A stretch of 64,000 nt of DNA from assembly GCA_045837725.1 (NCBI GenBank), contig JBEWZL010000209.1:62001-126000 (forward strand), read 5' to 3'. Positions 25,601 to 36,949 of the stretch are shown here, in pieces. The stretch's first letter is position 1; each line of letters begins with the position of its first letter. The notes under the pieces were generated by a model that saw nothing but the letters and a program-made list of their open reading frames with translations, had not been told where the DNA came from and did not search any database. The DNA is from Vermamoeba vermiformis. Its lineage: Eukaryota. A program made the translations under genes and the position numbers.

Positions 25601-27371
25601 CTGATCAGTGACGCGTGGAACAATTTGACCACTTCGAGCGTGACGTAGAGTGAAATTGGGACCATGACTGCGAAGAGAATCAAAAAGGCCCAAAACACGA
25701 GGAAAGCATTCAAGTCAATGTCAAAATTGGCGGGGAACTCCAAATACCACATCTTGCTGATGTTTTGACGCTACAAGAATGAATATTAATTTTGACGTAA
25801 CTACGATGTACTTTGACATTTTGACACTTACATGCCACACGCTGTACATGACAGAGCCGATAATACACACGCTAAGCATGATGCTGAACAAAATGATCAA
25901 ACCAATGTTCATGCGCTCTTCGACCAAACTGCGCTTCAATGGTGGTCTGCTCGCGTTCTTCATCAACTTGCTCTCTTTGCCCGCGTACACAACTACACCG
26001 TAGACCCACTTGGTGTTGCGCAATGTGCAGCCCTAGCCAGGCACTACTGTCAGTCACTGCTTTCCTCATTCACATGCGCACTGTACTTACACGCAAGAGC
26101 ACTTGTTTGTTGGACAGGGAGTAAGTCTTGTCGCCCAAAGCAAGTGTCGCATCGAACTTGTAAAGTCTGTTGTTGGGCAAGTCACACTCGACCACGCCTT
26201 TGAGCTCGCTCAACGTCTTTTTGTCTTGCAGCGAATTCGTTTGTGACAGCGCTTGACGCAGCTTCAAATTGGTTTCACTGAAAAATCGAGTGAGTATTCC
26301 GATTCACATGCTATCAAAAGTTATGGACACCACTGTCACATTATTATTATCATTATTATAATATCATTCACTAGATTTGATCAAATTCTGGACGGAGTTT
26401 CAGGCGAGCACGAAATTTAGAAAAAATTGGTTCGGAGCGGCGTGGCCTCCGAAGAAATTCCCGATTCTTACCCGTCCAAGTTAGCAGTCTCAATATAAGC
26501 AATGCCTTCAATCTCGCTCGTCGATAATATGACCACATCCGCTGGAATTTGTTCTCCGCTCTTAATTTTGATGATATTACCGACTGTGATGTCGCGCCAT
26601 CGTTTGTGAGCAAATTTTTCGCCGTCTAATATTCTGCAGGGCGAATTGTTGATTTCATCGTCTTGTTTATGACGGCGCTATTTATAGAGCAAATTAATTA
26701 TGATTGTTGTATGACTTGGGTAGATCGCACGAGGAATTTCAGTATTATGACGGAATGAGATAGTAATGGTATTATTATACTTACAACATCTTCGACAATT
26801 TCTTTAATCATCGTGACCAATAAGACAATAATTAAAGGCACCCAGCTGGACCAAGAACTCAGCGGGGTAATTTGAGGGATACTCTAATAACATGATAAGT
26901 TAATATTATTCGTATTATTATACAAATTCGTGGATTTTAAGGAGGGCAAATTAAAATTCTACGGATGCAGAACCAAAAAAACCGCCAAAAAAAGTAATGT
27001 ATAGGAAGTACCTGTAAGATGGCTATAATTAAGAAATAACTGTTGGCTATACGTCTAAATTGCTCGTACAAGTTGATTGGTAAGAAACTCCACCTAAAAA
27101 GATATCGGGATCAGTGCCATAACCGAAAATTAAATTATTTATATTTCAATCACTAAAAAACATTATTAATTACATACCAAGTATATTTTGATGTCTTGAT
27201 TTGATTGTGCTTGAATTTATATTGCGCATTCGCGTTCTGATCATTGATGTGTACAATTCTAGTTTCTCTATCCGAGTCCTCTTTCTTGTCATGAGTGCCA
27301 TTTTGAGCTTCAAGTTCAATTTCATCTTTAGGGCCTCCCTCGTTGAGGGTAAGTTTCTCTTTCGACATCAT
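22610..27371 (-). CDS. P4-ATPase phospholipid flippase (Drs2/ATP8A/ALA3 clade), multi-exon
   Basis: [51 protein letters not shown] and the C-terminal regulatory GYAFS motif. Confidence 0.95.
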
Positions 27372-27983
27372 GCACAAAGAAGATCCAAAGTCAAAACCTC
27401 CTTTCAGCGAGAAGGAAAGAGAAATATATGAATATTCAGAACAATGTTATTAAGCGAGTGTGTTGCGCTGTCGCTTGAAGGAATAAAAAAGACTTTTTGA
27501 CACACGCGCATAGTTTCTACGGACAAACGGAAGAACAACAACTCAAAATAACGCAAATTCGAAATATCACTGTCATAAATATACGCTTCTTATACTTATG
27601 CGAGGCCTCTAGCTATTCTATTAGACTCCGTGACCGAACAATTATTGTTACGCATTTCGGGCTTGTACAAGAAAATAGATCCTAACCGTTGGCGATATGA
27701 CACATTTGATATCTAATAACCAATTTTTTAGCGATGAGGTTGTATTCATCAGCTCTTGTACCAGTCCATACGCCAAAATCAATTAATTTTGCTCGATCAG
27801 GTGAGTAATATCTTATCTATTGGTGGAATAAAGGCAATTGCATTCTGAAAATAAAATTGATAACAGCAAAATTGTTTCGCGGCGGCAAATATTTTTATTT
27901 TTTCAATTTTTTTGACCTAGAACAGCACGCAGATCAACAAAAAAGCAACGTAGTTTTCCTCCTCTTTTAAATTTGCTCAAAAT

Positions 27984-29141
27984 ATGGCTGCAGTACTCCT
28001 TGCAGACTTGGACAACGGTCCTCAAACGTGTATTTTATTGCAGATGTGGAACAAATTTAATTCCTTGTCCTCCAAACCAGCCTACCGAGCATTCTTCTTG
28101 CAATTTTCGCAAGATTTGTCTTTCAAGCATCGTGCATCAGAATTATTAGAACTGCTGGCTCTGTACAAAGAAAAATCAGCCAAGAAGAAAGAACTGCATT
28201 TGCAGCTAATCAGGCATTCTACCGCCACTTGGATTTTCTCCTCAAACAAAATCGGTCTCGGCGGTGTAGATACGGGGACGTTGACTGAGGCAGAGCAGTT
28301 AATCTCTTGCCAAGTTTTTGCAAATACAACCACAAAAGAGTTTATGCAAACGTTGGAATTGGTAAAGAAGACTAACTCACCGAACCCCACTTTGGCCTCG
28401 CGTCAATTAACTAAAGAGACCCTAAACAGTTGGCACGCGACACTCTTTGCCAATCTTCTCAAAAATCCAGGAACTTTTCGGCGACTGGGCCTCAAAATGG
28501 AGTCAACATTTGTTCCGCAGTTGAACATTACCCTCATCAATGAGCACTACTACCCGCATCATCAAATTATTCCGCACGCAATATCAGTCTTATGCGTACT
28601 CACGAGCTTTTTGACGAAGGAGATTGACAATATTAGTAACGAGCTCGAAAAACTGATCAATATTTTCTCTTTCGCTGCATTCGTGCAGTTTCATTTCGAG
28701 GATATTCGCCCGTATGTGGATGGTAATGGACGTCTGGGTCAATTCCTCAGCAAGCACTTTTTGGATTCAGTGCTGCCGTTGCCGTGCCCAATGTTTAAAA
28801 ACCGTGAAGTGTATTTATCTGCTTTTGTCATCGACAGTACGAAGGACCCCATAGAGGCTCCCGCAAAGTTGATGCTCTTACTACTCGACTGCGCAATTTC
28901 TTACTACAAAGAGGTGCTCGAGGTACTTAGCCGTTCGTACGACAAATTTTTGTTCGCTACAAGCAGTGCCGAATTCGAGCAGGCACTTGACATCGCGGCC
29001 ATCAGCGATGAAAAAGAAAGGAAGTTTTTGTCGTCGAGTTTTCGTATCTTGAAGATTGGCAGTACGGAATTGACGAGCCCTCACACCGGCAAGGTTTATG
29101 CAATCAAAAAAGAAGAGTTCTCTACTCAATTGGATGTCTAG
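27984..29141 (+). CDS. Intronless Fic/Fido-domain protein with a degenerate active site
   Basis: WHATLF...PGTFRR and FEDIRPYVDGNGRLGQ, compared with the canonical HPFxDGNGRxxR. Confidence 0.8.
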   Translation: MAAVLLADLDNGPQTCILLQMWNKFNSLSSKPAYRAFFLQFSQDLSFKHRASELLELLALYKEKSAKKKELHLQLIRHSTATWIFSSNKIGLGGVDTGTLTEAEQLISCQVFANTTTKEFMQTLELVKKTNSPNPTLASRQLTKETLNSWHATLFANLLKNPGTFRRLGLKMESTFVPQLNITLINEHYYPHHQIIPHAISVLCVLTSFLTKEIDNISNELEKLINIFSFAAFVQFHFEDIRPYVDGNGRLGQFLSKHFLDSVLPLPCPMFKNREVYLSAFVIDSTKDPIEAPAKLMLLLLDCAISYYKEVLEVLSRSYDKFLFATSSAEFEQALDIAAISDEKERKFLSSSFRILKIGSTELTSPHTGKVYAIKKEEFSTQLDV

Positions 29142-29143
29142 TC

Positions 29144-29214
29144 TGTAATAAATACCAGTGCACTAAAAAGGTAATTACCCGTCAGTCACTTTCCTTGACT
29201 ACGGATTCATCACA
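29144..29214. repeat. LTR copy (3' LTR in element orientation)
   Basis: tgtaataaatacc...ggattcatcaca, identical to 29396-29466. Confidence 0.95.
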
Positions 29215-29395
29215 TATCTCTCTCCTTAAGATTGTCTCCAACAACCTTATGCAAATCTAACGCTCATCGACGATCTCCTATCGCCGAACTCTTGCGCTTC
29301 AATCTACCAATAACGACAACGCTCATCAACGAACTCCTGTCGCTGAACTCTTGCGTACACCCGGGATCGATCCTTCGACCCGCTTCGCTACCAAA

Positions 29396-29466
29396 TGTAA
29401 TAAATACCAGTGCACTAAAAAGGTAATTACCCGTCAGTCACTTTCCTTGACTACGGATTCATCACA
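29396..29466. repeat. LTR copy (5' LTR in element orientation)
   Basis: Identical to 29144-29214. Confidence 0.95.
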
Positions 29467-29702
29467 AGTCATTGCAACGATCGATTGTTTAGATAGATTT
29501 AGTTATATATTTACTTCTTTAAAGTTTGTTTTGTCGGTATTTTTAGGCAGATCGTGCAATTACTCTGCCGAAATGCTCCAACGAAGCGTGACCATATAAA
29601 CACATTTATTTAACGGTTGTTATGCTAAATAAACTACCTTGTTGAGTCCAAGTGAGTATTCAACAGATTTTTTCATTATTTTTTTTTGTATCGAATGACA
29701 AC

Positions 29703-32273
29703 ATGAAGAGGAACCTCAACTTAGCGTATATTGCGCTAATTATTATATTTATATTTATTATTGCCGGTCAGGTTACCGATGGCGCAGAATATCCGTCGAG
29801 AATGTTCCCTGCTCTCGCGTTATCAAATTGGAAGTCCTCTGTATTATTGTGGGGAGCTACGAGGGATAACGCCAATCAAATGCCATTCAAGTGCGTTGAC
29901 TAATTGCTTATTGATTGAATATTAGATAATTATTGGCTTTTTTTTGCGATCTGGAAAATAATTCATTGAATATAATTTTAATTCAACAGACCACTAGGCG
30001 TTAATTCACTACGCATTGCAGACGATTATACAAAGAGCGTATTATCCGAGGACAGTTTTCTCATGCAAATTGATAACAACGTGTACGCTAATGCATCTCG
30101 GTGGGACGGTGATGTTGTCTTCAACGCTCGAGGTAAGCGGTGCCATTTAGATTAAATGTTAAATATAATTCATGAAATGCGTTTATTTATCCTTTCTATG
30201 TTTAGAGGGCGGGATCTGCACTAAAATCAATAACTATGGTGGATCAACCTTAGCGGTCGATATCGAGCAATGTTATTATTTCCCGCCACAAGAGGACTTT
30301 TATATTGTTAAATATCATATTAACAACCCTTCGTTGACTCAAACACGCACGATCCAGCTGTTCGAATACATTTCAACTCCGGCTTGCGGACAAGAGCAGC
30401 AACAACAGGGAGAATATGATGCGAACAACAATTGGGTCACTATTAATATGAATAACTGTGGCGGATTCGTATTGAGATCAATTCAAAGTCAATCGGCCAG
30501 TCAGATCCAAGTGGGTCCTGTCACCGGTCAAAATTCGCCGCTGCAACAGTGGATCCAGAGCCAAAAATTGAACGACGATACTAAGGCTCAATATAACGCA
30601 GTAAGCAGCTATTATTGTGACGCAATTCAATGTTCTAATTGATCGCCATAGCTGTCATTTGGAAGTGTCACGAGTGTCAAAGTGTCAAACATGTCATCCA
30701 CTGACCTCTATTTCATTCGATTCGCTGGTCGTGACATGAGTGCCGTTAACTCAATCTCGCAGCGAGCTCGCAGCCAATCACCCAAGTACTGGGTCCAACA
30801 AGCACGTGACCGCTACAACGCGTGGCTGAGTGCCGCACCTGTCCCGCCAGTGCTGAGCAACAATCCTGACGCGCTGACACTCTACACGTCCTCGCTGTTG
30901 ATTCTCAAGAACGGCTTGATGCCGAAAGTCGGCACGATTGTCGCGTCGTTCCATCCAGCCTATGGCTACAAGACGTGGGGCCGCGATGGATTGTTTGCAG
31001 CCATGGTCCTCGATGCTGCGGGATATCAAGATGAAGCGGAACAATACTTCCTGTGGATGGCACAGTACGTTCACTGAAACTTTTATTGCTGTTTATTTGA
31101 CACGTGTCAAAACAGGGCTCAACTGCGCGATGACGGAGGCTTTCACACCTGTTACGATTGGTTCACTGGCGGACCTGTTGGATTTGTCGAGCCTCAATTT
31201 GGTACGGCAATTCAATTCATGAGTAATTCCGTCGTGACTAATTATGGTAATTATAAGACTCCGCTGGCGCCTATTTATTGGCAATCTATCGCCACTTGGT
31301 GATCACGCCAAATGTCTCAGTTTCGTTTTTGAACGCAGTGACCCCTCGCGTGCGGCAAATTGAGGACTTCTTTTTGAAGAATGTTGGTGCATTCAACTTC
31401 GCGCCAGCTGATTACTCGATTTGGGAAGAAAGCAGCAACGGCCTCAACGGCCAGGGACTGCCGGTAAGTACTTCAATCGCGTGACTACGACGCTCACATT
31501 GCACCAGACATCGTACTTTACCTTCACGCAATCGATGGCCTGGGCTGGACTTGTTGCAGCCTCCAAGCTCGAAAACAAAGTGTTCCACGACAATCAACGC
31601 GCTCAATCGCTCAATCAACGCGCTGCACAAATCAAATCAGCCGTTGAAACGAAGCTGTGGATTGCCGATGAAGGCTATCTCGCTCGTTCAGTGAATTCAC
31701 AAACACTCGAAGTGGACCCTCGCCCCGACAGTTCATCCATGGCCGCTATTTACCTCGGCCTCGTGACTGACGCGCGCAATCAGTCCTCGCACCACTCAAT
31801 GGTCACTGCCAACTTGACGAGACTCGACGCGGGTATTGCGCGCTATTGGGGAGATCCGTTCTTTTACAACTCCATCTACAACCCTGGCGGCCAGGAAGTC
31901 GGTGCTGCCTCGCCCCCTTGGTACGCGTTGAATGGCACTAGTAGTAAGAATCGTGACTGATGTGTTTGCAGGGGAGTCGTCACCATGTTCACGGGCTGGG
32001 CCGAGTTGTTGATGGGACTGCGCGATGAGACACGCACACGTCTCGAGTGGATGGTCAAGTACGCTGCTCCTGGTCCACTGCCTGTGGGTGAGGCCATTGA
32101 CGGTGTGTCGGGCAATTACGTCATGACCGCGAGGTACGTGCTGCAGTTATTCAATCACTTGATGGTTAATTTTTATTTGCAGTCCTGATCTGTACGAGCA
32201 CGGTGGAGTGTTCATCCTCGGGGCATTATTGTACGATAATTTAACACCACCTTTGGGCCCACTGATGGTATAA
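29703..32273 (+). CDS. Secreted glycoside hydrolase family 15 (glucoamylase-like), multi-exon
   Basis: Signal peptide, YGYKTWGRDG, EPQF|DS, DYSIWEE, RYWGDPF and PVGEAID. Confidence 0.8.
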
Positions 32274-32349
32274 AGCGCGTGTTATCCTAAGATTTTGGTA
32301 ATTTTATTTTACATAGTGTTGCTGTTAATATACATCCAATTATTGACGA

Positions 32350-34293
32350 CTACGTCCTGTCCTTGGCGCTCGTGCTGTTGACGTCCAATGCACTCGAACT
32401 CATCGTGCTCTCTTTGCCGCCCGGCACGTGAATGGCCAGTACGTGCATGAAACCTAGCACGCGTTAATATCGAGGGCAATATTCTATATTATATTGCTCT
32501 TACTCGCAAATGTGGTGCCCAAGAAGATGATGAACCACAACACGATGAAGTTGTCGGGCACCCACAGCAGCGGCGTCAGTCCTCCGAGAATCATCGGGAT
32601 CACCCACATGAACAGTCCCACACTGCTGAGTGTGATGTGTAGAGTCGTCTATAACATATTAATACTCCACTATCAGATATTAATATCACCACTGCGTACC
32701 TCTTTGAGTTTCTTTTTTCGTCTGTCGTTCATATTCACCGCACCTGAATCTTTCGATAAAATTGAGCGCAGTTTGAAGCCAGTGTACAAGAAGAATATCG
32801 TCGACAATATAACGAGCACGGTGTATAATAGGCCTGCGAGAATAATCATCGCGAATAAGTCGTAGTTCAGTCCTCGAAGTATGCTGCTGGTCAGATCCAG
32901 TGCCAACAACACTGCAAATATGACCTATATCAGGTGTTAGTATTATCGCTAGCCAATTATCATACAGTGCATCAAGTAATTACCCAAAAAGGAATTCTCA
33001 GCTTTTGCAAGAAGAGACGGACTTTGCCAAGTTGTTTTGTTTTTTTAATCAGCTCGAACCTGTTACACCGATCAGCACAAACTCGATGCACTATATGCTA
33101 TATTATATAAATCGTACCAGTAGAATGTGATGAGCAAGGTGCTGACGATCATAAACGGCCAGTGGACCGTGTACAGAATGTTGTTGAGCAGGTACGGAAA
33201 TACTTTGCGCGACTGACAAGGGTCCACTGTGACTGCTAAGAAACGTACTGGCATAGGCATTAGTGTTGGTTTTTAAACAGTAATTAAGTTGAATGCTAGA
33301 ATCACTTACGAGCATTCGCTACAATCTCGAACGAGAGTACTGTGGTGCCAATATTCTCGGCGCCTAGTCCGCGACGCACGAAGAAAACTAATTTATAAGC
33401 AGCGAATATTAATGTGCCCAGAGTAGCCACGCCTAGCACGATCGAGTACCCGATCATCCAATTAGACTCGAAAGATTGCGCCCAGGTATTGAAATCTGAA
33501 TAATTGGAGTATTAAAATTATATTCCGTATTGTTTGACGGGTCAATTGCAGTAAATGCCTGCAATCCGGTGAAATTACTTAATTATTGCTGGCTTTATCT
33601 CCGATATGTGATATTGCTCCATCATGATGCTCAATAAATTACCTGTATTGTTGAATGTTACAGTGACCTCGGTTCCATTTTCAACGAAAGGTAATAACTC
33701 CTGAAACGCGGGGATCGAGATCTCAACGGCAGGCAGTTGTAAATCGGGGAACTTAGCATTCCAGGCGAAGCTTCCGAGGCCTGCAATATCGACTAAATGG
33801 GAATTAGAAATAAGTTTCTTTCATTTTGGCAACGGCAGTTTTCATCCGGTATCGCGATCGGAGTAACAAATCAATACATACGAGGAGAGCCACCCATCAC
33901 TAGAATAAATCCAAGTGCACCTGCTTCGTGTAATATTGGCGCTTGTTGTTCGAAATCGTTGAACGGTTGCTTCACATCTTGCAACACCAGTCTAAGTGCC
34001 ATAAATGTCAGAATTAATATACAATATTTTATAGATGTGCGAGTAAGCTTACTTATTCTGAAAGTCTCCCGAGGAGTATAGCGTGATGACGCCAGTGACA
34101 TTGAAAACGAAATCTGTTGGCCCGATAGGAGTTTTGCGGGGAGAATTAAAGTACTATTCATATTATTAGCCATATGTCGAAGTGACGTATTTTTACTTAC
34201 TCTACCCGCGAGTGCAGGAGGAGAAACTACAACCAGGGCTGAGACGCACTGCAGCAATGATATTAGACTGACGCAAACAAGAATTAGCCGCAT
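32350..34293 (-). CDS. Multi-pass (about 7 TM) membrane protein with an extracellular PA-like domain
   Basis: Signal peptide, EAGALGFILV..LPAVEIS (PA-like segment), several TM helices (HWPFMIVSTLLITFYW; IILAGLLYTVLVILSTIFFLY) and a short cytosolic tail. Confidence 0.6.
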
Positions 34294-34489
34294 CTCTTGC
34301 TGCTCGGGTTAAGTTCAAAAAACAAAAATAAATCGCGGCAGCAGTTCTGGAACAACATTAAATTATTGCTATTTTTGGAAATCATTTCTTAATTAGCGTT
34401 TATTAATTCGGGTCATGTCAATAGGCAAGATAGGCAAGATATGGATAATGATGGAAATATTTACAATATATTATTCATGGCTAACCGGT

Positions 34490-35900
34490 TCACAGCTTGT
34501 CAATTCCGTTCAGAATAATTTTGCCCATGTTGCTGTTGGATTCCATGTACTTGTGCGCTTCAACAGCTTGAGTCCAATTGTAGTCTCTATCAATCACTGG
34601 CTTCAATGTCTTGGACTCGAACAGCGGCATAGCCCACTCAATGAACTCCTTACTCAACTCGGATTTGTATTGCTTGCTCCTATTTCAGCTGGTGTTAAGC
34701 TAACTGACGTGAAGGCATTAATGCACGTACCTGTTACGCAAAGTGGATCCCTTGACAGTCAATCGTTTCGCTAGGATTGAGGCCATATTGAAGTTCGGTA
34801 CGTTGGTGCCGCCCAAAAAACCGAGGATCACCAATGTGCCTGCAACGATGCGTTACATTATGCGTCACTACAGCTGCATTTCCTTACCGTCCACTTTGAG
34901 GGCATCAATATTTTGCTGCAGGTAATCAGCGCCGATAAAGTCCAACACAACATTGACGCCTAGCAAGGTGTATTTTGTTAGTCAAATCAAACAATAAATA
35001 TCTCTCAAATCAACGCACCTCGCTTCTCAGTGTCGCGCAAGACCTTCTCCAAGAACGGTCCTGACTTGTAATTGATCGTGTGCGTGGCTCCAAGTGTTTT
35101 GCAAAATTCGAGCTTGGCGTCAGTACCAGCAGTCGTAAAAATACGAAGAGCATTCATCGCTTGTGCTATTTGAATAGCCGCTGAGCCAACGCCACTGAAA
35201 AATATCAGAAATTGAGTGGAAATTTCGCGGCATTAAATTACGTACCCAGCACCGGCGTGGATCAACACGTCTTGACCTGCTTCGAGACCTCCAAGCCACT
35301 TTAAGCCTTAAAACCATACTTAATACGAATGTTATGAGCATATGTACGCGAACCTTGATAAGCTGTCAAGAAAGCTTCTGGGACAGCAGCTGCTTCCGCG
35401 TACGAAAAGTTTTTCGGGATCGGCATGGCGGTACCAGCGGGAATAGCGCAATCTGAACGATAACATTAACATTAATAGTTCTAATGGTGTTTGATTAAGT
35501 GTTCTTACATTGCGCATAACCTCCACCAGCCAAGACAGACATGACGCGATCTCCTACTTTCCAATTACTGACTTCAGAACCAACTTTAACGATCTCTCCT
35601 GCCCTAAAATAGAGTTCAATTAAATATTACATAAATATGCACGAGTAGTCGTACATTTCTAAGCCCATAATCTCGCTTTCGCCGGGAGGTGGTGGGTATT
35701 TTCCGCGTCTTTGTAAGAGATCTGCTCGATTCAAGGCGGTCGCGTGAACCTTCACTAAAATAGACTTGGAATCCATCTCAGGGATGGGTACGTCTTCTAT
35801 GTGCCTGAGAAACAGATTTTTTTAGTGCAAAGTCATCGAAAGGTCACACTTACATATTATCTGCAGGACCAAATTCTTTAATTGTAATGGCCTTCATCAT
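34490..35900 (-). CDS. NADPH:quinone oxidoreductase, PIG3/TP53I3-like (MDR family), multi-exon
   Basis: MMKAITIKEFG, ALNRADLLQRRGKYPPPPG, VLIHAGAG|GVGSAAIQ, KGSTLR and GKIIL. Confidence 0.9.
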
Positions 35901-36949
35901 TTCCGTAGAGTCTATTATCGTGGTTAGTAATCATAATTTTTTGAAAAATTTTTGAAATTGAATTGACAGAAAAGGGAAAAAATCTTTACTTACAAGACGA
36001 TCGGCCAGGTTTCTTCGATTGAAATGCTCTTAAAAATATTCTGTGTGCATTAATTAGTCGGGATACGCTAAATTCCAAGGGATGTCCGGATCCGTACCTC
36101 GACGATCCGCAACCAATTCGTGAAAACATTACTAACCAATAAACGGGAAGTGTTGTCTAACAATCTTAAGTGTAATTGATCGGGGATGACAAATCCATAT
36201 TTTTTGACCCAAAGTTCTTGGCCGGATTTTTTTGGGCTGAAAAATTTAAAACTAACGAAACGCGCGCAGTTTTTGAACTAAAACACAAAAAACTATGTTC
36301 GAGCCCTTCTATTGACTTCCTTCCAATAACGCCACCAGAAACTGTGGACTAATGCTTGGTTAACGTAAGTTCTTAACTTTTTTCGTTAAAAGGCACGATT
36401 TTTTTGTGATCCAGATGCTTTCCGAAACCAAATTCGCTTGATGCAGTAGATTCTGAAACTTGCAAAATCGATTTGTTTTATTGTTTTATGTTGTCCAATA
36501 CGCTTAATAATATTCATTGATCTTTGCCTAATGGCTTTTATGTGCCGTATTCGTCGTTTAACAAAATAGGCCCTCGATGCATCGAGTCAACTTTTTTTTC
36601 GGAAATGCTTATGGGGACTAGCTACCCCGGCAAACAATGCATAATAATACGGACATTTTAATAGTGTCAACGGGCAAACTTCTCGCTTTACACAAAAAAC
36701 CAATCCGACTTCTATCATTTTAATAACTTTTTTTTAGTATAGGGTCTGGTTGCGTTTTCTTGGTGATAACAACGATAGTTACAACAAAACACAACGAGCA
36801 TATAAGAAACTAAGGCTACAGCTCTTGATTTGGTACGTTTTCGACTTCGCGAAGAATTTAATTTGCAGACACTATCGAGTGCCAGCATATTAGTCCATCA
36901 TCTGCATCGTATTTAAGCTTGCTAACGACTATACTTAGTAAGCAAAATC

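Larger units (their letters stand above)
29144..29466 (-). mobile_element. TRIM/SMART-type non-autonomous miniature LTR retrotransposon (323 bp)
   Basis: Identical 71-bp direct repeats with TGT..ACA ends. PBS TGGTAGCGAAGC (29393-29382) lies 2 nt inside the 5' LTR, PPT AAGGAGAGAGATA (29227-29215) abuts the 3' LTR, and TSD AGTC occurs at 29140-29143 and 29467-29470. Confidence 0.9.

Noticed and set aside
27680-27820. Minus-strand AKLIDFG kinase-like fragment
   Set aside because: Short and stop-bounded, with no HRD, APE or other kinase motifs. It could be chance.
29144-29466. CRISPR-like repeat-spacer-repeat
   Set aside because: Only two 71-bp repeats with a 181-bp interior, and the PBS, PPT and TSD explain it as an LTR element.
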